NCBI GenBank assembly: GCA_918797485.1 | Contig: CAKKNE010000004.1 | Span: 992,001 to 1,056,000, forward strand | Direction: 5' to 3' | Source: Pelagomonas calceolata | Taxonomy: Eukaryota | DNA length: 64,000 nt | Shown here: piece by piece, positions 21,529-32,847 of the stretch | Layout: each line of letters opens with the position of its first letter | How positions within the stretch are numbered: position 1 is the first letter of the stretch | Notes under the pieces: model-generated | What the model was told of the DNA's origin: nothing | Seen by the model: the letters and a program-made list of their open reading frames with translations, nothing else | Database searches by the model: none | Made by a program: the position numbers and the translations under genes

Positions 21529-22008
21529 GGTCTCCTGTCTCACGCGCTGTTCTATATCGCCGCTCTCTCTGCTGTGAGAGGCTGCCCCCTGCGCTTCTGA
21601 TGGGCGCGGCGGTCCTCGCCGTGTGCGAGGCGCCGCGCCGGGCTAGCGCGCTGTGTTTTCACGTGCCGTGCGCTGCACACGCGGAGAGCGCGCCGCGTTT
21701 GAGAGCTGCTCTCCGAGTCGAGGAGGCGTTGCATGGAGAGTAGGGGGGTAGACGAACCTCATTCTTTTCCACGCCTCGAGGCGTCGCGCGGCTCCCGGGA
21801 CGGCTAACGAGCCCTCGGAGGGCTCGGCCGAGCGGTGGGTGGGACCGGGCATCTCCGAGCGCCCATCTGAGACCAGAGGCAGCGCCGGCCTCGCGCGACC
21901 GCCGCGAAGCGCCCCGGGCTGCCCTTACGCCGTCGAAGCGTCGCGTCGAAGCCGTGCGAGCCCCGGGCCGCACGCTGACAAGAGCGCTGCTGCCCGCCAT
22001 TGCTGAAT

Positions 22009-22893
22009 ATGGCCAGCCCCACCGACCATACTGTTGATAGAGACGAACTCCAAGCGCGCATCGCCGCGGAAGACCAGGCCATTAAGTTGGACGAAGTGTG
22101 GTCCGCCTGGGCGGCGGACGACCTTGCTCAGAGACGCCGAGCGGCCGCGAACGACGAGGCCGAGGCGCGACACATCCAACGCTTGCAGCGAGAGGAATTA
22201 CGCGACTTAAAGAAGAAGCGCCACTGGGGCGGCCTCGGCGCGACGGCGCGGTGGCGCTTGCACCTCGATGGCGTGCCCACTTCGCTTTCGAATGGGACCT
22301 ATGGCGTCATTGGGGCTCCTCCCCAGTACGAGAACATGAATCTACAAAGGACCACAAAATGGGGCGGCGGTGGTCCATTGGACGTGCACAAAGTCAGTAC
22401 GTGTCGCATTCCATTACGGAAGCCGCGCGTCGTGCGGAGACGATTCCCGTCGTTCCGGAACCCCAACTGGAACGCCGGGTATGAGTGGTATTCGAAGGGT
22501 AATGTGGAGCACGACGCCAGACGAGCAGCTAGAGGCGTCTTGCGGCACGTGCCGTCGACGATCTTCTCGCGGCCGCATACTACGAACCGCTTCGAAGATT
22601 CGACGCTCCTGTCCGAAGATTCCCTCGGTCGAGCGTCGTCGTTGATCGCGGAGCCCGTCCGAACAGGCTTGGGACACTTGTCGCCGCCGCGACACCGTGT
22701 GACGGGCGGGTCCTTCGGCCGAGCTGACCGCTGGGGAGAAAAACAGTCGGTGAAGCGGGACCCGGACCGTGATTACATGTACCACCCGAAGGGACCCGTT
22801 GTTCATGGAAAGGACCCGGCGGACTTGTGCGAGGCGACGCTCGGGGCTTATCTCGGGACGCTGGCGCGCGCTAGGAGCGGGGCGCCGTCCTAA
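22009..22893 (+). CDS. Hypothetical protein
   Basis: ATG-initiated 294-aa ORF filling the gap between flanking genes; no motif recognised. Confidence 0.6.
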   Translation: MASPTDHTVDRDELQARIAAEDQAIKLDEVWSAWAADDLAQRRRAAANDEAEARHIQRLQREELRDLKKKRHWGGLGATARWRLHLDGVPTSLSNGTYGVIGAPPQYENMNLQRTTKWGGGGPLDVHKVSTCRIPLRKPRVVRRRFPSFRNPNWNAGYEWYSKGNVEHDARRAARGVLRHVPSTIFSRPHTTNRFEDSTLLSEDSLGRASSLIAEPVRTGLGHLSPPRHRVTGGSFGRADRWGEKQSVKRDPDRDYMYHPKGPVVHGKDPADLCEATLGAYLGTLARARSGAPS

Positions 22894-22970
22894 GGAATGT
22901 GGTGTTATGTAGTGCTCGATGGCGTCGCGGCGACGGCGTGGTGGGGAGCACGAACTATCATACAAGCACC

Positions 22971-24625
22971 TTACGCGGAGGCCGACGCCTCCGTCAACTT
23001 TTGCGGCCAGTCGGGCGCGGCCATTTCCGCCAAGCGCGAGGCGCATCTTTTAAACGCCCAGGCGAGCTCCCTGACAGAAACCAGATCTAGAGCCGCGCAT
23101 TCGTCCTCTGCTGGATCTATGGTAGAGACCGGACCGGACGCGCGATCGACACCTGCAGTCTTCTCCGACGACAATTGGCGCTCGAACACGTCCTCCGACG
23201 GAAATAACGCATCAGGACCTCGTCGAGCCACGACGACCAACAGATTCCTCCGCTCGTAGCACTCGTCCACAAGGGTGATGAACCGTCTGGCCGCATCATG
23301 GTCTCTGAGAGTAAACGCCGGCACGTCGGCGACGGCTAGGGACGGGTACGCCCGCGCGACGGCGTGGAAGTCGCCGGCGCCCCTCTCGCTACCGCAGAGA
23401 GCCTCGAACGCAAACACCGCACCTTCCACGGAATTCTCTCGCAGCGAACTGCGCGAGGCCCAGGTGGCGAGGCAGATGTCCGGCGTGATTGATCTGCCGT
23501 GGGGCAGGTCCAAACTCTCAGCTCGCACCGCACCCAGGACCTTCGGAGCCGCTGCACTTAATTGAGTAGCTGCGGCCGCGAGGGCGTGGGCTTCCCCCAG
23601 ATGCTGGACTAAGTATCTGACAGGTGGAGCTTCCTCGTCCTCGGACCGACTCAACCGCAGCCGCCGGTGGTCGCTCTCGCCATCCAAACAGACGACGCGG
23701 CACTGCTCCCGCAGCCGCGTGACGAAGGGCGAGAAGTACTGGCGGTTCGGCCCGCCCTCGTATAAAGCTTCGGGCGGTCTATTAGATGTGGCCACGAGCA
23801 CCAAGCCAGCATCCCAGCACGCATCAAACAACTGGCGCGCGACCATGGCGTCCGCGACCTGCGAGAGACACGAAAATCGGGAAAAAGACGACCCTTCACC
23901 ATCTCTCGTGGAGACGAGTCGCGTCGATGGCGTGAGGGCGACGTCAGACGCCGAGAGCACACATCCGTGATCTGCATCTCGTCGAAGACCAAAATCTCCG
24001 CTTCTTCCGCTAACTCTCGGCCCAGAGCTTTCAACGCGTCCCGCGTCGACGGCGGCCGTTTATGTTGTCTTTTACATTCCGCGCGCGCGTCATGTAATCG
24101 CCGGTGGACCTCGAGCATGAACTGGTGGAAGTGGACGCGCCGCTTCTTGTATCCTACCAAACCTTCAAAGAACAAGTCGCAGCACAGACTTTTGCCCCTC
24201 CCCACATGACCGTGGACATATAGGCCCTTCGGGATGCGCGGTTGGCGCGGCTCGTAGACCTCGTCGCTCTTGCTCTGGTTGAGGACTCGGTCTAAAGCTT
24301 CGCTACCCGTGGTACCTCTCCTCTTCCTCAATTCAGCCTTCCTACCAACGGCCCGCGGATCGATCATACTACTACATTCCTTCGGGGGGTCCTCCTCCTC
24401 TTTGGTCGTCGTGGCCCAGACCGCCCGTGCCGCGGCGTCGGCGTCCCTCGCTTCCCGCTCGCGCGCCAAGACGCGGTGTAACCTTCCGAGGTGTTCCAAG
24501 ACGGCGACCTGGGCCGCGTCCCTCCTCAGCCGTCCTTTCGTGACGAGCTGGCCGTAGCGCGCGAGCGGGCCGGGCGTGCGCGCGGTTCGGGCCGTGGAGA
24601 GCGCGGCGCGGACGGCCTTCCGCAT
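22971..24625 (-). CDS. AFG1: AFG1/LACE1/ZapE-family ATPase; exons 24625-23963, 23858-22971
   Basis: KGLYVHGHVGRGKS, RVHFHQFM, FDEMQITD|VADAM, ATSNRPP, DAARRFITLVDECYE, RCASRLAEM. Confidence 0.92.
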
Positions 24626-25293
24626 CGCGGCTTGGGCTGGCTGTGAGTCTGGTCTTCCTGAGCTGCTCAGCTGATGCCACAGCCCGCGGTGCTTTGTTCG
24701 ACGCCACGCAGCGCACGTCACGACGCTCTAGAAGCGCCGAATCGTCCCGACGCACACTCGCGTGCGTGTCTACGGCGCGTTTACTCAGCGCATCCGCCTT
24801 GCTTTTGGAACGCGTGCCGGGGTCCCTAGAACGGCTGCAAACGCCGCTCGCCACGCTCTCCAGTCAGTCAAAGGCCCGGAAGGACGCGTAGTCAAGGAAA
24901 AAACGGTTTGCGGAGCTAGCGGCCTGAGCCTCTAGCCTTGTAGCAAGCGGCCAAAAAGCAGGCCTGCTGTTGCGCTACGATGGCTGGTCCGTCAGCAGAG
25001 CCGTTTAAAAAGCTTCGAACAGACCCTGTGATCGACGTTCTGTGGAAAACCGGGCGTCCGCCCGTCGCGCCGCGGCCAAAAAAAGCACCTCATGCCCCAG
25101 CTGCATTTGCTGCTCATTTTGCGTTGCGGCGGGACGCGCGCACACACATAGCTCCCAAAATGCTGCGGCCCCTCCGGCGCGACACTCCGCCCACGAAGAT
25201 ACAATGATACAAGACGCCTCGCTCGACCGTCGCGTGCCCGCCTTCGCCGCGCTGCCGCCACGCCGCCGCCGCGCCCACTCGACGCGTCCGCAG

Positions 25294-25445
25294 GCGCGAG
25301 CTGGGTCCTCCGCTCCCTCATCCGGGAGGCCTCCCTCGGCATCGGCCTCGGCGTCGTCTTCGGCTCCGTCTGGAGCGTCATGCAGACGGGGCCCGTATCA
25401 AAACGCATCAGCGAGTACTACAAGAACAACCCGACGCAGTCCTAA
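25294..25445 (+). CDS. Last exon of a small cytochrome c oxidase subunit (COX5c/COX6C-like); first exon uncertain (ATG 25160 or 25204)
   Basis: After CCGCAG| the frame reads ASWVLRSLIREASLGIGLGVVFGSVWSVMQTGPVSKRISEYYKNNPTQS*: one TM helix plus the R..EYY pattern; not in the ORF track. Confidence 0.55.
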
Positions 25446-25513
25446 TAGATACATAGTGGTCGTGGTAGGAATAGTTAGTCGCGGTCGCGCGAGAGATCGA
25501 AGGGGAAAGGAAG

Positions 25514-28152
25514 TCAGACGCCGACCAGGACGCGGCGGACGGCCTCGCTCGAGACGTGGGCGCCCTGGTCGGTTCCTGAGTGTTTTCGAGCCGCGCGCGC
25601 GAGCGTGACGGCTTCTTGCGGCGTTAAGGAGAGTACACTTTGCAAATCTTGTTCGGTACAAGTATAGGGCAGTCTCACCAAGTTTTCCGACGCCACGCGT
25701 AAGTTACCGATATCGGACTGCGCGAACTTGTGCTCTTCCATGTACGAGAGCCTGTGCGGAAAGCGACCAGTTAGGTTATTGAGATCACGGGGACGACGTC
25801 GCGTCGATGGCGTGGGGCGCCGCGACGTTTGATTTCCACGCCGGCGCCCGCGTGAACTCGTCGCATTTCACGACCTCAAACACCTTGCCCACAAACTCGA
25901 TCGTCGCACCCACAAACAGATCGGAAGCCTCGTAATACGCGATGACCGGCGCCGCCTCGAAGGCCGACGACGCCGAGACAGGTTTTGGCTGTAGAGTCTG
26001 CATTCTCTCGGGTTTCTTGACGCGGTGGCGCTTCGAGAAGCTCCCGCCGACGTGCCCCGAGTTGCGCAGCGGCGGCTCGCGGATCGCACAAGTACCGTCA
26101 CTCAAAAAGTAGTTCAGCGTGAACGTCCGCACCGCATCCTCTCTTGAACCATTCACTAAACGTAGTTGATAGCGCAAGACGGGCTCGGCATCGCCCTGTT
26201 TGCTATTTTGCAACTTTTTCTTGGGCGAAATCGCGTAGACGGATCTAAGAGAATCCTCGGCGGACCCGATGCCGCCCGACGGGCCCTGATGGGGCGGCAC
26301 GGGCGTCTTCGGGCGCAGGCTCATCAAATAGTCGGGGTCGTCGACGCGCGGGTCGCGGATCTTCTCTCTTAACGAACTCCCCTGCTCCTCGTAGTAGCGC
26401 CGCGTGAAGGGGTCCGCGTCGACGAGTTTCAGCGTGCGGTTGAAGATGATCACTTCACCGCCGACGGCCAGGTCCGTCCAGTGGTAGGTGTTCGTCTTAT
26501 CCGTTGGGGTATTGACCTGGGTGGAAATCAACCAGTGTGTCGGGTGCATGGTGAGGAAGCGGCACCGCCACGCCGTCGAGCAGGCGTCGCGTCGACGGCG
26601 TGGAGGCCGTAAATTTGATTTCCGCACAGGTCTTCACGCTGTGCTGGTACTGCGGCAACAGTAGTTTCCGCTTGCCCAGGAGCTTCGGCGCGGAGTCATC
26701 AGAGCGCTTATCGACCGCTATCACTTCGATGGCGTCTTCCGCCAGGAAGTAGTGCAATCTGAATCTAGAAACATCGCCGTACCTGCGCGGGTCCGACTCG
26801 GCTCAAAATCTGATGGACACGAGTCGCGAAGGGACGCCGCGAGACGCACAGCTGTTTGTCCTCCCAGGTGCACTCGAAGCTGAGGACTTTCCTATCATTT
26901 TCTAGGAACGTGCCTAGGTCCGTCCGCTGCGGTAGTCCTAAATCGACGGTGACCTGGGCTCGGCCGAGCTGCGCTTCGCGCGCGCCGCCGATCTCCGGCG
27001 AGATGACCTTTCTTCTACTAATAGATTGGTCGAGGCCGTTCTCCGCCCGCTTCGTGCGCATCATGGCCCGGTATTCATCGTCCGGGCATTCTAAGACATC
27101 TGTGTCGGGTAGGCAACCGGGGAACAAGGAACCTTCCTCAAGTGATACTTGCTCCGTATTACGCGTGACGACCGTCAGTTCATCATCAAACGTGTAGCCC
27201 TGGAGCTGCTGCTTCGTGGGAGACGGCAGGCGGTTCGACACCGGTAATCCCCGCTCCGTCAACGTCTTCCGCGTGAAGTCGTCGCAGTCGTAAATGTGGA
27301 TCATCTTCTTGTAGACGTCGATGACGGCCCCGATCTGTAGATCACTCATACTATAGTAGGAACCATCTGGTTTGGGCACGCGATGCCTCCTCACGAGACA
27401 GCCCTGGGGCAGGCCGCTGTTCTCTTCACATGGTTCAAACACCTGCAGGCAGTCGTCCTCGAGGTAGTAGTAGAGCATGCACTTCCTGATTCTCTTGCTC
27501 TCAATTTGACTGCCGGGAACGGCCTCCTCGAAGTAGGCCTGCGCGGCGCGTCGCGTGTTGCGGCGTCGCGTCGATGGCGTCGGGGGGCGAGCGGGCCGTG
27601 GGTGGTCTTTTCGTCGATTCTGAGCCGTCTCGGACCGCGTCGAGACGCGACGGCCCCGACGCGGTCCGAACGGCCTCTTCAGCAAAAAAGAAACCACCCA
27701 CGGCCTCGTGAGATGGACACGAGTCGAAGGCACCGCACGGGACGCCGCGATCGTACCTTGAAGGTGAGCTGCTCCTTCCCGTACCGGAGCCACTTCGGGA
27801 GCGGTTGGCCCTTCGGGAAGGGTAACTTGCGGCCTTCGCCCTGTTCGGCTTTGAGGGCGTCCTTCTGCTGCTCGATGAGCGAGTAGCGGCCCGTGAGGTC
27901 GCCAAAACTGCGAGCCGGCCGCGCGTCGGAGCCGCGCGAGATGCTGCGGTCTAGTCTTACGGTGGAACCCGGGCTGCCTGGTAAAGGGTCTCTATGACCG
28001 ATGACGACCATGGAGCCGTGTCTTATCTGTAAAGTTTGTCTATGCTTTTGGGGCCGGCACGGCGTCGACCGATACCCAGGCAAATTGGGGATGCCTTCCA
28101 GCGAGATGGTGCCCTGGAGGGAGCCGCCGGGCGGGCCCGAGCCCCAGGCCAT
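25514..28152 (-). CDS. EFHC1: EFHC1/Rib72-like axonemal DM10-domain protein; exons 28152-27757, 27538-26850, 26782-26638, 26516-25852, 25751-25514
   Basis: Three DM10 domains (LTFKAYFEE...YYYLEDD...ENSGLPQG; FLENDRKVLSF...LHYFLAED; LNYFLSDGT..IREPPLRNSG...CDEFTLSYME) join in frame over four introns. Confidence 0.9.
25752..25851 (-). mobile_element. Degenerate family A introner (100-bp GC-AG intron)
   Basis: 8 nt, then CGGCGTGGAAATCAA ... ACTGGTCGCTTTCCGCACAG. Confidence 0.7.
26517..26637 (-). mobile_element. Family A introner inserted in the reverse orientation (121-bp intron)
   Basis: TSD GTGAAGAC / GTCAATAC; TIRs CTGTGCGGAAATCAA / TTGATTTCCACCCAG; the plus strand aligns with 4109-4311 with an internal deletion, although the host gene is on the minus strand. 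Confidence 0.88.
27539..27756 (-). mobile_element. Family B introner (218-bp intron)
   Basis: GTACGATC-GCGGCGTCCCG; shares GACTCGTGTCCATC with 26783-26849 and GAGGCCGTTCGGACCGC with 20255-20396. Confidence 0.75.
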
Positions 28153-28580
28153 GGTCTTTTCTGTCGGTGTAGGTGGCGGGCGAGTGAGCTAGCTCCCAGG
28201 TGACAGGAGCTGCAAGGTTGGGCCTTGGGGGCAGCGCGGCGGGCGCTTTTGAGCTGCGGCGCGGCGACGGCGTCTGGGGGCGGCCTTGTCGGCAGCAACG
28301 GGGGGACGAGTTCGTGCGGCAGGGCTGCGGACCCGGAGCACAATGTCGCCGGGAGAGCCCCACACAATCCCAGATTTGGGCGGTTACATCGCACGTACGA
28401 ATTTTTGGCGACGCCCAGCCCTCGGGGCGTCGCCGGGGAGGCCCCGGAGCCGCTGGTCGTGGCCGGCGACGGTGCGCTTCTCGCTTCCGGCGGCGCGCGC
28501 GCGGCGCGTGGGCGTCGGCTGCCACGACGGCTGGGGTCCACCGCACGCCGTCGACGCGAGCTAGAGACGTGGGCTCCTAC

Positions 28581-30174
28581 TTACGCCCCCTTCTCCTCCC
28601 CCACGCCCTCTCCATCCTCGGCCACGTCGGCAGCGTTCAGCAGCGACTCGAGCAACTCCACGCGCGCCTTCTCTTCCTCGGAAGAATCGTACATCAACCG
28701 GATGCAGGGCCGGTACTTGGCGCAGAGATCAAAAAACGCCTCGCGCTCCAACGCACTGAGTCGCGTTTCGAGCACTGGAGCGCACCCGCAAACCGTTGCT
28801 GCCGCTTCATAAACGGCCGGGTGCTCGCCCTCCGTCCCGAAGCAGTCGCCGCCTTTTGAGCACGATGCAGCAGCACATTCCTGCTGCGCTACTCGTCTTA
28901 TGGTCGCTTCGACCCACCGCCTCCGCAGGTCTGCTGAAGAGTCGCCCTCCGTCTCAATATTCTGCTTGGAAAAGGCATCCTTCGCGACCGAAAAGTCTCT
29001 AGCCGTATTCACGACGAGCTCCGTCGCCCGGTAGACGACGACGTTGCCGCGGCCGAGCTCTTTGGCACTGCGCCAGGCAAAGTCCTCGCAGTCCTTGAAC
29101 ACCTCCCAGACCTTGGAAGGAGGCGCTTTCCCGCGCGCGTAGGCGTCTCGTATGTTTTCAGAAGCTTTCTGGACCTTCTCGGACAAAGTCTTAAAATCGA
29201 GATTGAGCTGCTCCTCGTGGAGCGTCGCGTCGAAGGGCTTGGCGCAGACCTGCGCGACGGACGCGTCGGGGGCGTCACGCGTCGATGGCGTCACGCCTCG
29301 ACGTTGATTCGCGACGCCGCGTCGTACGGGGCAGTGCCAGAAGATGCTGGCGGGGCCCTGGGGCGGCGCGATTGGCTCCTCCAAGGAACAAAAGTTGCCG
29401 CAGCCCGGGCAGGGGGCGGAGCGTAATACGTCCGGGGCCTGGCACCTGCGCGGGAACGACGCCGTCACAAAACTGCCTCTGACGAGACGTGTGGACGCTC
29501 ACGTGATCACGACGACGGCGCCACGGCGGCGTGGCATCGCGACGACGCCGTCGACGCAACTTGAAGCTCGGAAACGTTTGGAAACGAACGCTGAGTCAGC
29601 ACCGCCGGCACGCGCAAAAAAACTCGAAACTCTCCCGCAACAGTTTCCGCCGTTCCGACGTGCACAGCACCCAGGGTACGCCAATATATGAAAAGGACAG
29701 CGTCTCGCCCGCCGGGATGTGTCGTATACTTGTCACTTCGATCGAGCCGTCTGGTTGTGAACGAAACCGACAATTCGGCGCGCAGTCGTGCCGCAGCGCC
29801 GACGCCGTCTCGTAGAGCGCTTCTTGCTTCCCGAACTGGTGGGCGAAGGCGTCTCCCACCAAAAGTACTTTTAGTATTGAGTCTTTGTCGAGGGACGAAA
29901 ACGCTTTCGTGCGCGCGAGCGCCGCCGCCTTCTTGCGTCTCTCATCAATCTTCTCGTCCTGGCGATCTAGAGCTGGGGAGTATAATGAGAGGATCGTTTC
30001 TTGCTGGTCAGATGACTGAAACGCTTTCAAAAGACCGGCCTCGTTTTGCGCCCAGACGATGAGAGGTGAATCCGTCGCTAGGATTTCGCCGGCCTCGAAG
30101 CGGCGCTTGGCGACCAGTGTTCTTCGGCCCGTGTCCCTATCGACGGCGACGTCTACCAGTTGATCTCGGGGCAT
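28581..30174 (-). CDS. SET-domain (SMYD-like) lysine methyltransferase; exons 30174-29603, 29445-29328, 29249-28581
   Basis: GRRTLVAKRRFEAGE, LRHDCAPNC, GETLSFSYI, post-SET FFCACRRC. Confidence 0.85.
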
Positions 30175-30485
30175 CCTGCTGGTGAAAAGGCTGCCCGGCG
30201 CGCGCAAGCGGTGCTCGTGGACGCCGAGCGTCGCGGCGAGGACCCGTCGGTCCCGTTTGGGTGCCGGACGCGCTCGTGAGCCGTGCGGGGGCTGCCGTAC
30301 CAGGCTAAAATCGTGGGCGCTGCAGCTTTAGCTAGTGTAGACAGATACTAGCGAAAGTCTGGGGCTCTTGCAGGGCGCTGCCGCGGCGCACGGATCACCG
30401 GGCAGCCTCAGAACGCGGCGGAAGGCGCGCTTCGGACGCCTGATCCATCGCTGCGGCGGCGGAAGCGGTCGCTGGCTGGCGGCGA

Positions 30486-31889
30486 ATGGAAGGTGGTTTG
30501 TTTGGTGATGGTGGGTTGGTCGGGGGCCGTCCGAGGAGCGACTGGCGCTCGTCGCGAGCGCTCTTCGACAGCCCCGATGCTACGGCGGCGTCGAGCCCGA
30601 CGGCGGCGTCGGAAGATGCGGCGGTTGGAAGCCATCCGACCGTGAGCAGCCTCGCGCCCACTGGTGGCGGCCCGGACGCCGGCAGCCCGGATGCCGCGCA
30701 CGAGACGGCGCCGAGTCGAGGCCTGCGCGACCTGCGCAGCCAGTCGAGCATGGCGCTCGCGCCGGAGACGCTGGCCCGGCCCGTCTCCGAGGCCGCTCTC
30801 TCGCCGCGCACACGCTCCATCGCCCAGCGCCTCAAGCGCCACCTGTCATTACCACCCGCTTCGGAAAGCACGCGCCTCGACCGAGCCATGCACGCGGCCT
30901 CGACGAAGAACGGCGGCACCGCAGCTATCAGGCTCGGGGCGCGTTTGTGGGGCATCCAGCGCGAAATTGAGAGCGCGGCGCTCTTCGCTTGGTTGGATAC
31001 GAAGCATAGAGGTTGCCTCGACGCCGCATCGCTCCATGACGGTATTTCGCGATTATACGAGGAGACGCGGTTCACAGATCCTCCTACACACCAGACCCTA
31101 AGGAGATGGGTCTCGGCCGTCCCGAAGACTAGGGGCGAGCACACGGAGATCACAAAAGCTTCGTTTGTTAGATTTGTGTGTTCTATCAACGTGGATGATC
31201 ACAGACAAGAGGCGTGGGAGGGCCTCGAGGAGTGTTTAGGGCGGTGGCTCGTGCGACGGAGGCTACGTAGGTATAGGTATGGGGACGCGTATACGCAGCT
31301 CTTTCTGGAAGTGTGCGGCGGCGACGACTTTGAGAGGGTCGAGGCGGATGATGTGGCACGGGCGTTACGCATCTCAGGCTCGAAGGCGCGGGAATTAACA
31401 GATGTTGATAAGAGCGAAGATGGTTGCGTCGACCACGCGGGGTTCGTTAGGATCGCATCTTCACAGAAGAGATGTTGCGCCTCGGTGCGGAGAACGCCGC
31501 ACCTCTCGAAGACAGACCTGAAAAAGTTATTTGGCGAGCATAGCGTCGACGCGTACGGCGAGATCACGGGCCGGGAGGTGCGCGTGTTGCTCGCGGACGT
31601 GGACCACATCGAACGGTCAGCAGCTTCCTTACGATCAAGGCAGCTCTTCGACGTGTCGAGCGGCGCGTCTCCTCTGCTACTGTACGACCCGGAAGCGTTC
31701 GTGGACCTAGTAAGGTCGCTGCGACGGTGCTTTTCTGTGGAGCAGGCGGACCACGTGGCGGATCGGGTCCGGTGGCGCCTGGCGCGGCGCGGGCGGCCGG
31801 CGCCGGCGCCTTACGAGGCTCCCTCGAGTCTGGGAGACGTAAGCGCGATGGTCAAGCGCAACGATCACCGGCCTTCAACACGTGTGTAG
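30486..31889 (+). CDS. Hypothetical protein with degenerate EF-hand-like motifs
   Basis: 467-aa ORF; LDTKHRGCLD, VDKSEDGCVD, VDAYGEITGRE loops. Confidence 0.55.
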   Translation: MEGGLFGDGGLVGGRPRSDWRSSRALFDSPDATAASSPTAASEDAAVGSHPTVSSLAPTGGGPDAGSPDAAHETAPSRGLRDLRSQSSMALAPETLARPVSEAALSPRTRSIAQRLKRHLSLPPASESTRLDRAMHAASTKNGGTAAIRLGARLWGIQREIESAALFAWLDTKHRGCLDAASLHDGISRLYEETRFTDPPTHQTLRRWVSAVPKTRGEHTEITKASFVRFVCSINVDDHRQEAWEGLEECLGRWLVRRRLRRYRYGDAYTQLFLEVCGGDDFERVEADDVARALRISGSKARELTDVDKSEDGCVDHAGFVRIASSQKRCCASVRRTPHLSKTDLKKLFGEHSVDAYGEITGREVRVLLADVDHIERSAASLRSRQLFDVSSGASPLLLYDPEAFVDLVRSLRRCFSVEQADHVADRVRWRLARRGRPAPAPYEAPSSLGDVSAMVKRNDHRPSTRV

Positions 31890-32136
31890 TTGTGTGTAAG
31901 GGTGTTTTAATCTGATTCGTTGCGGAGCTAGTGTGTCGATACGCTAGATAATTCTGATTTCGGTGCTCTGGGCAGCCCCAATCGAGCCCCGCAACCGTCT
32001 GTTCTCATCGACATTGTAGCTCCGGGCAGCCCCCAACTGGTACCAAACAGCTGGCCAAACGCCGTCGCTGCGGGGAGCGCAGACACACAGTACCTCTGCC
32101 CGAGCACAGGCACGGAGTACCTACCGGGCCGGTAAC

Positions 32137-32844
32137 ATGGCTTTCACCGCCATAGACCAAAACGGCGTGCACACTCGAAAGCTCATGCCGCTTTTCAAGG
32201 AGGACACGAACACTTGGGAGACGCACGCGGACAGGCTGGCCCGTGGCGGCCCGTACGTCTGCTGGTACTGCAAGAAGGTCGCGACAGGCGCCAGCATGGA
32301 AGAGGTGCGCGCGCCGAGCACGCCGTGCAAGAAGTGCGCGCGATGCCACGAGGCGCAGTACTGCAGCACGGACTGCCAGCGGGCCCACTGGAAAAAGGGC
32401 CACAAGCGCACGTGTGGCCTGAAGGATCCGTGCCCGATTTGCGGACAACGGTCGGCAAAGGACGGGCCCAACAACTTCATGTGCTTCGTCTGCGGCTTCC
32501 GCTGCTGCGGAGACTGTTCTGACCTGAAACGCTTTCGCCTCGACGACTCGCAACCCCTCCGCTATTTTTCCCACAACGGCGACAAACCGGCCTGTCCGGG
32601 CTGCGGCCAGGACCAGGCCGAAATGCGCCGGACCGAGCACCGGCACGGCCCGCGCCTGCTCAAGTTATTGCGAGACAAGCCGGAGGGCCCTCACGTGATG
32701 ATGGCCGACTGGTGGATCGGTCACTACTACCAGACCGGCAAGGGCGGCCTGGCCCGGGACCAGGACGAGGCCCAGCGGTACCTGATGCGGCACATGGTGG
32801 CCAAAGCTGCGGCCACTGGCAGCATGTTGGGTAACAACACATAA
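32137..32844 (+). CDS. zf-MYND plus RING-like plus Sel1-like repeat protein
   Basis: CWYC...CARCHEAQYCSTDCQRAHWKKGHKRTC; CPIC...CFVCGFRCCGDC...CPGC; IGHYYQTGKGGLARDQDEAQRY. Confidence 0.8.
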   Translation: MAFTAIDQNGVHTRKLMPLFKEDTNTWETHADRLARGGPYVCWYCKKVATGASMEEVRAPSTPCKKCARCHEAQYCSTDCQRAHWKKGHKRTCGLKDPCPICGQRSAKDGPNNFMCFVCGFRCCGDCSDLKRFRLDDSQPLRYFSHNGDKPACPGCGQDQAEMRRTEHRHGPRLLKLLRDKPEGPHVMMADWWIGHYYQTGKGGLARDQDEAQRYLMRHMVAKAAATGSMLGNNT

Positions 32845-32847
32845 ACC

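Noticed and set aside
29596..29598. TGA after CACRRC in the SET gene as selenocysteine
   Set aside because: It lies inside intron 29446-29602; the post-SET Cys is supplied by the next exon
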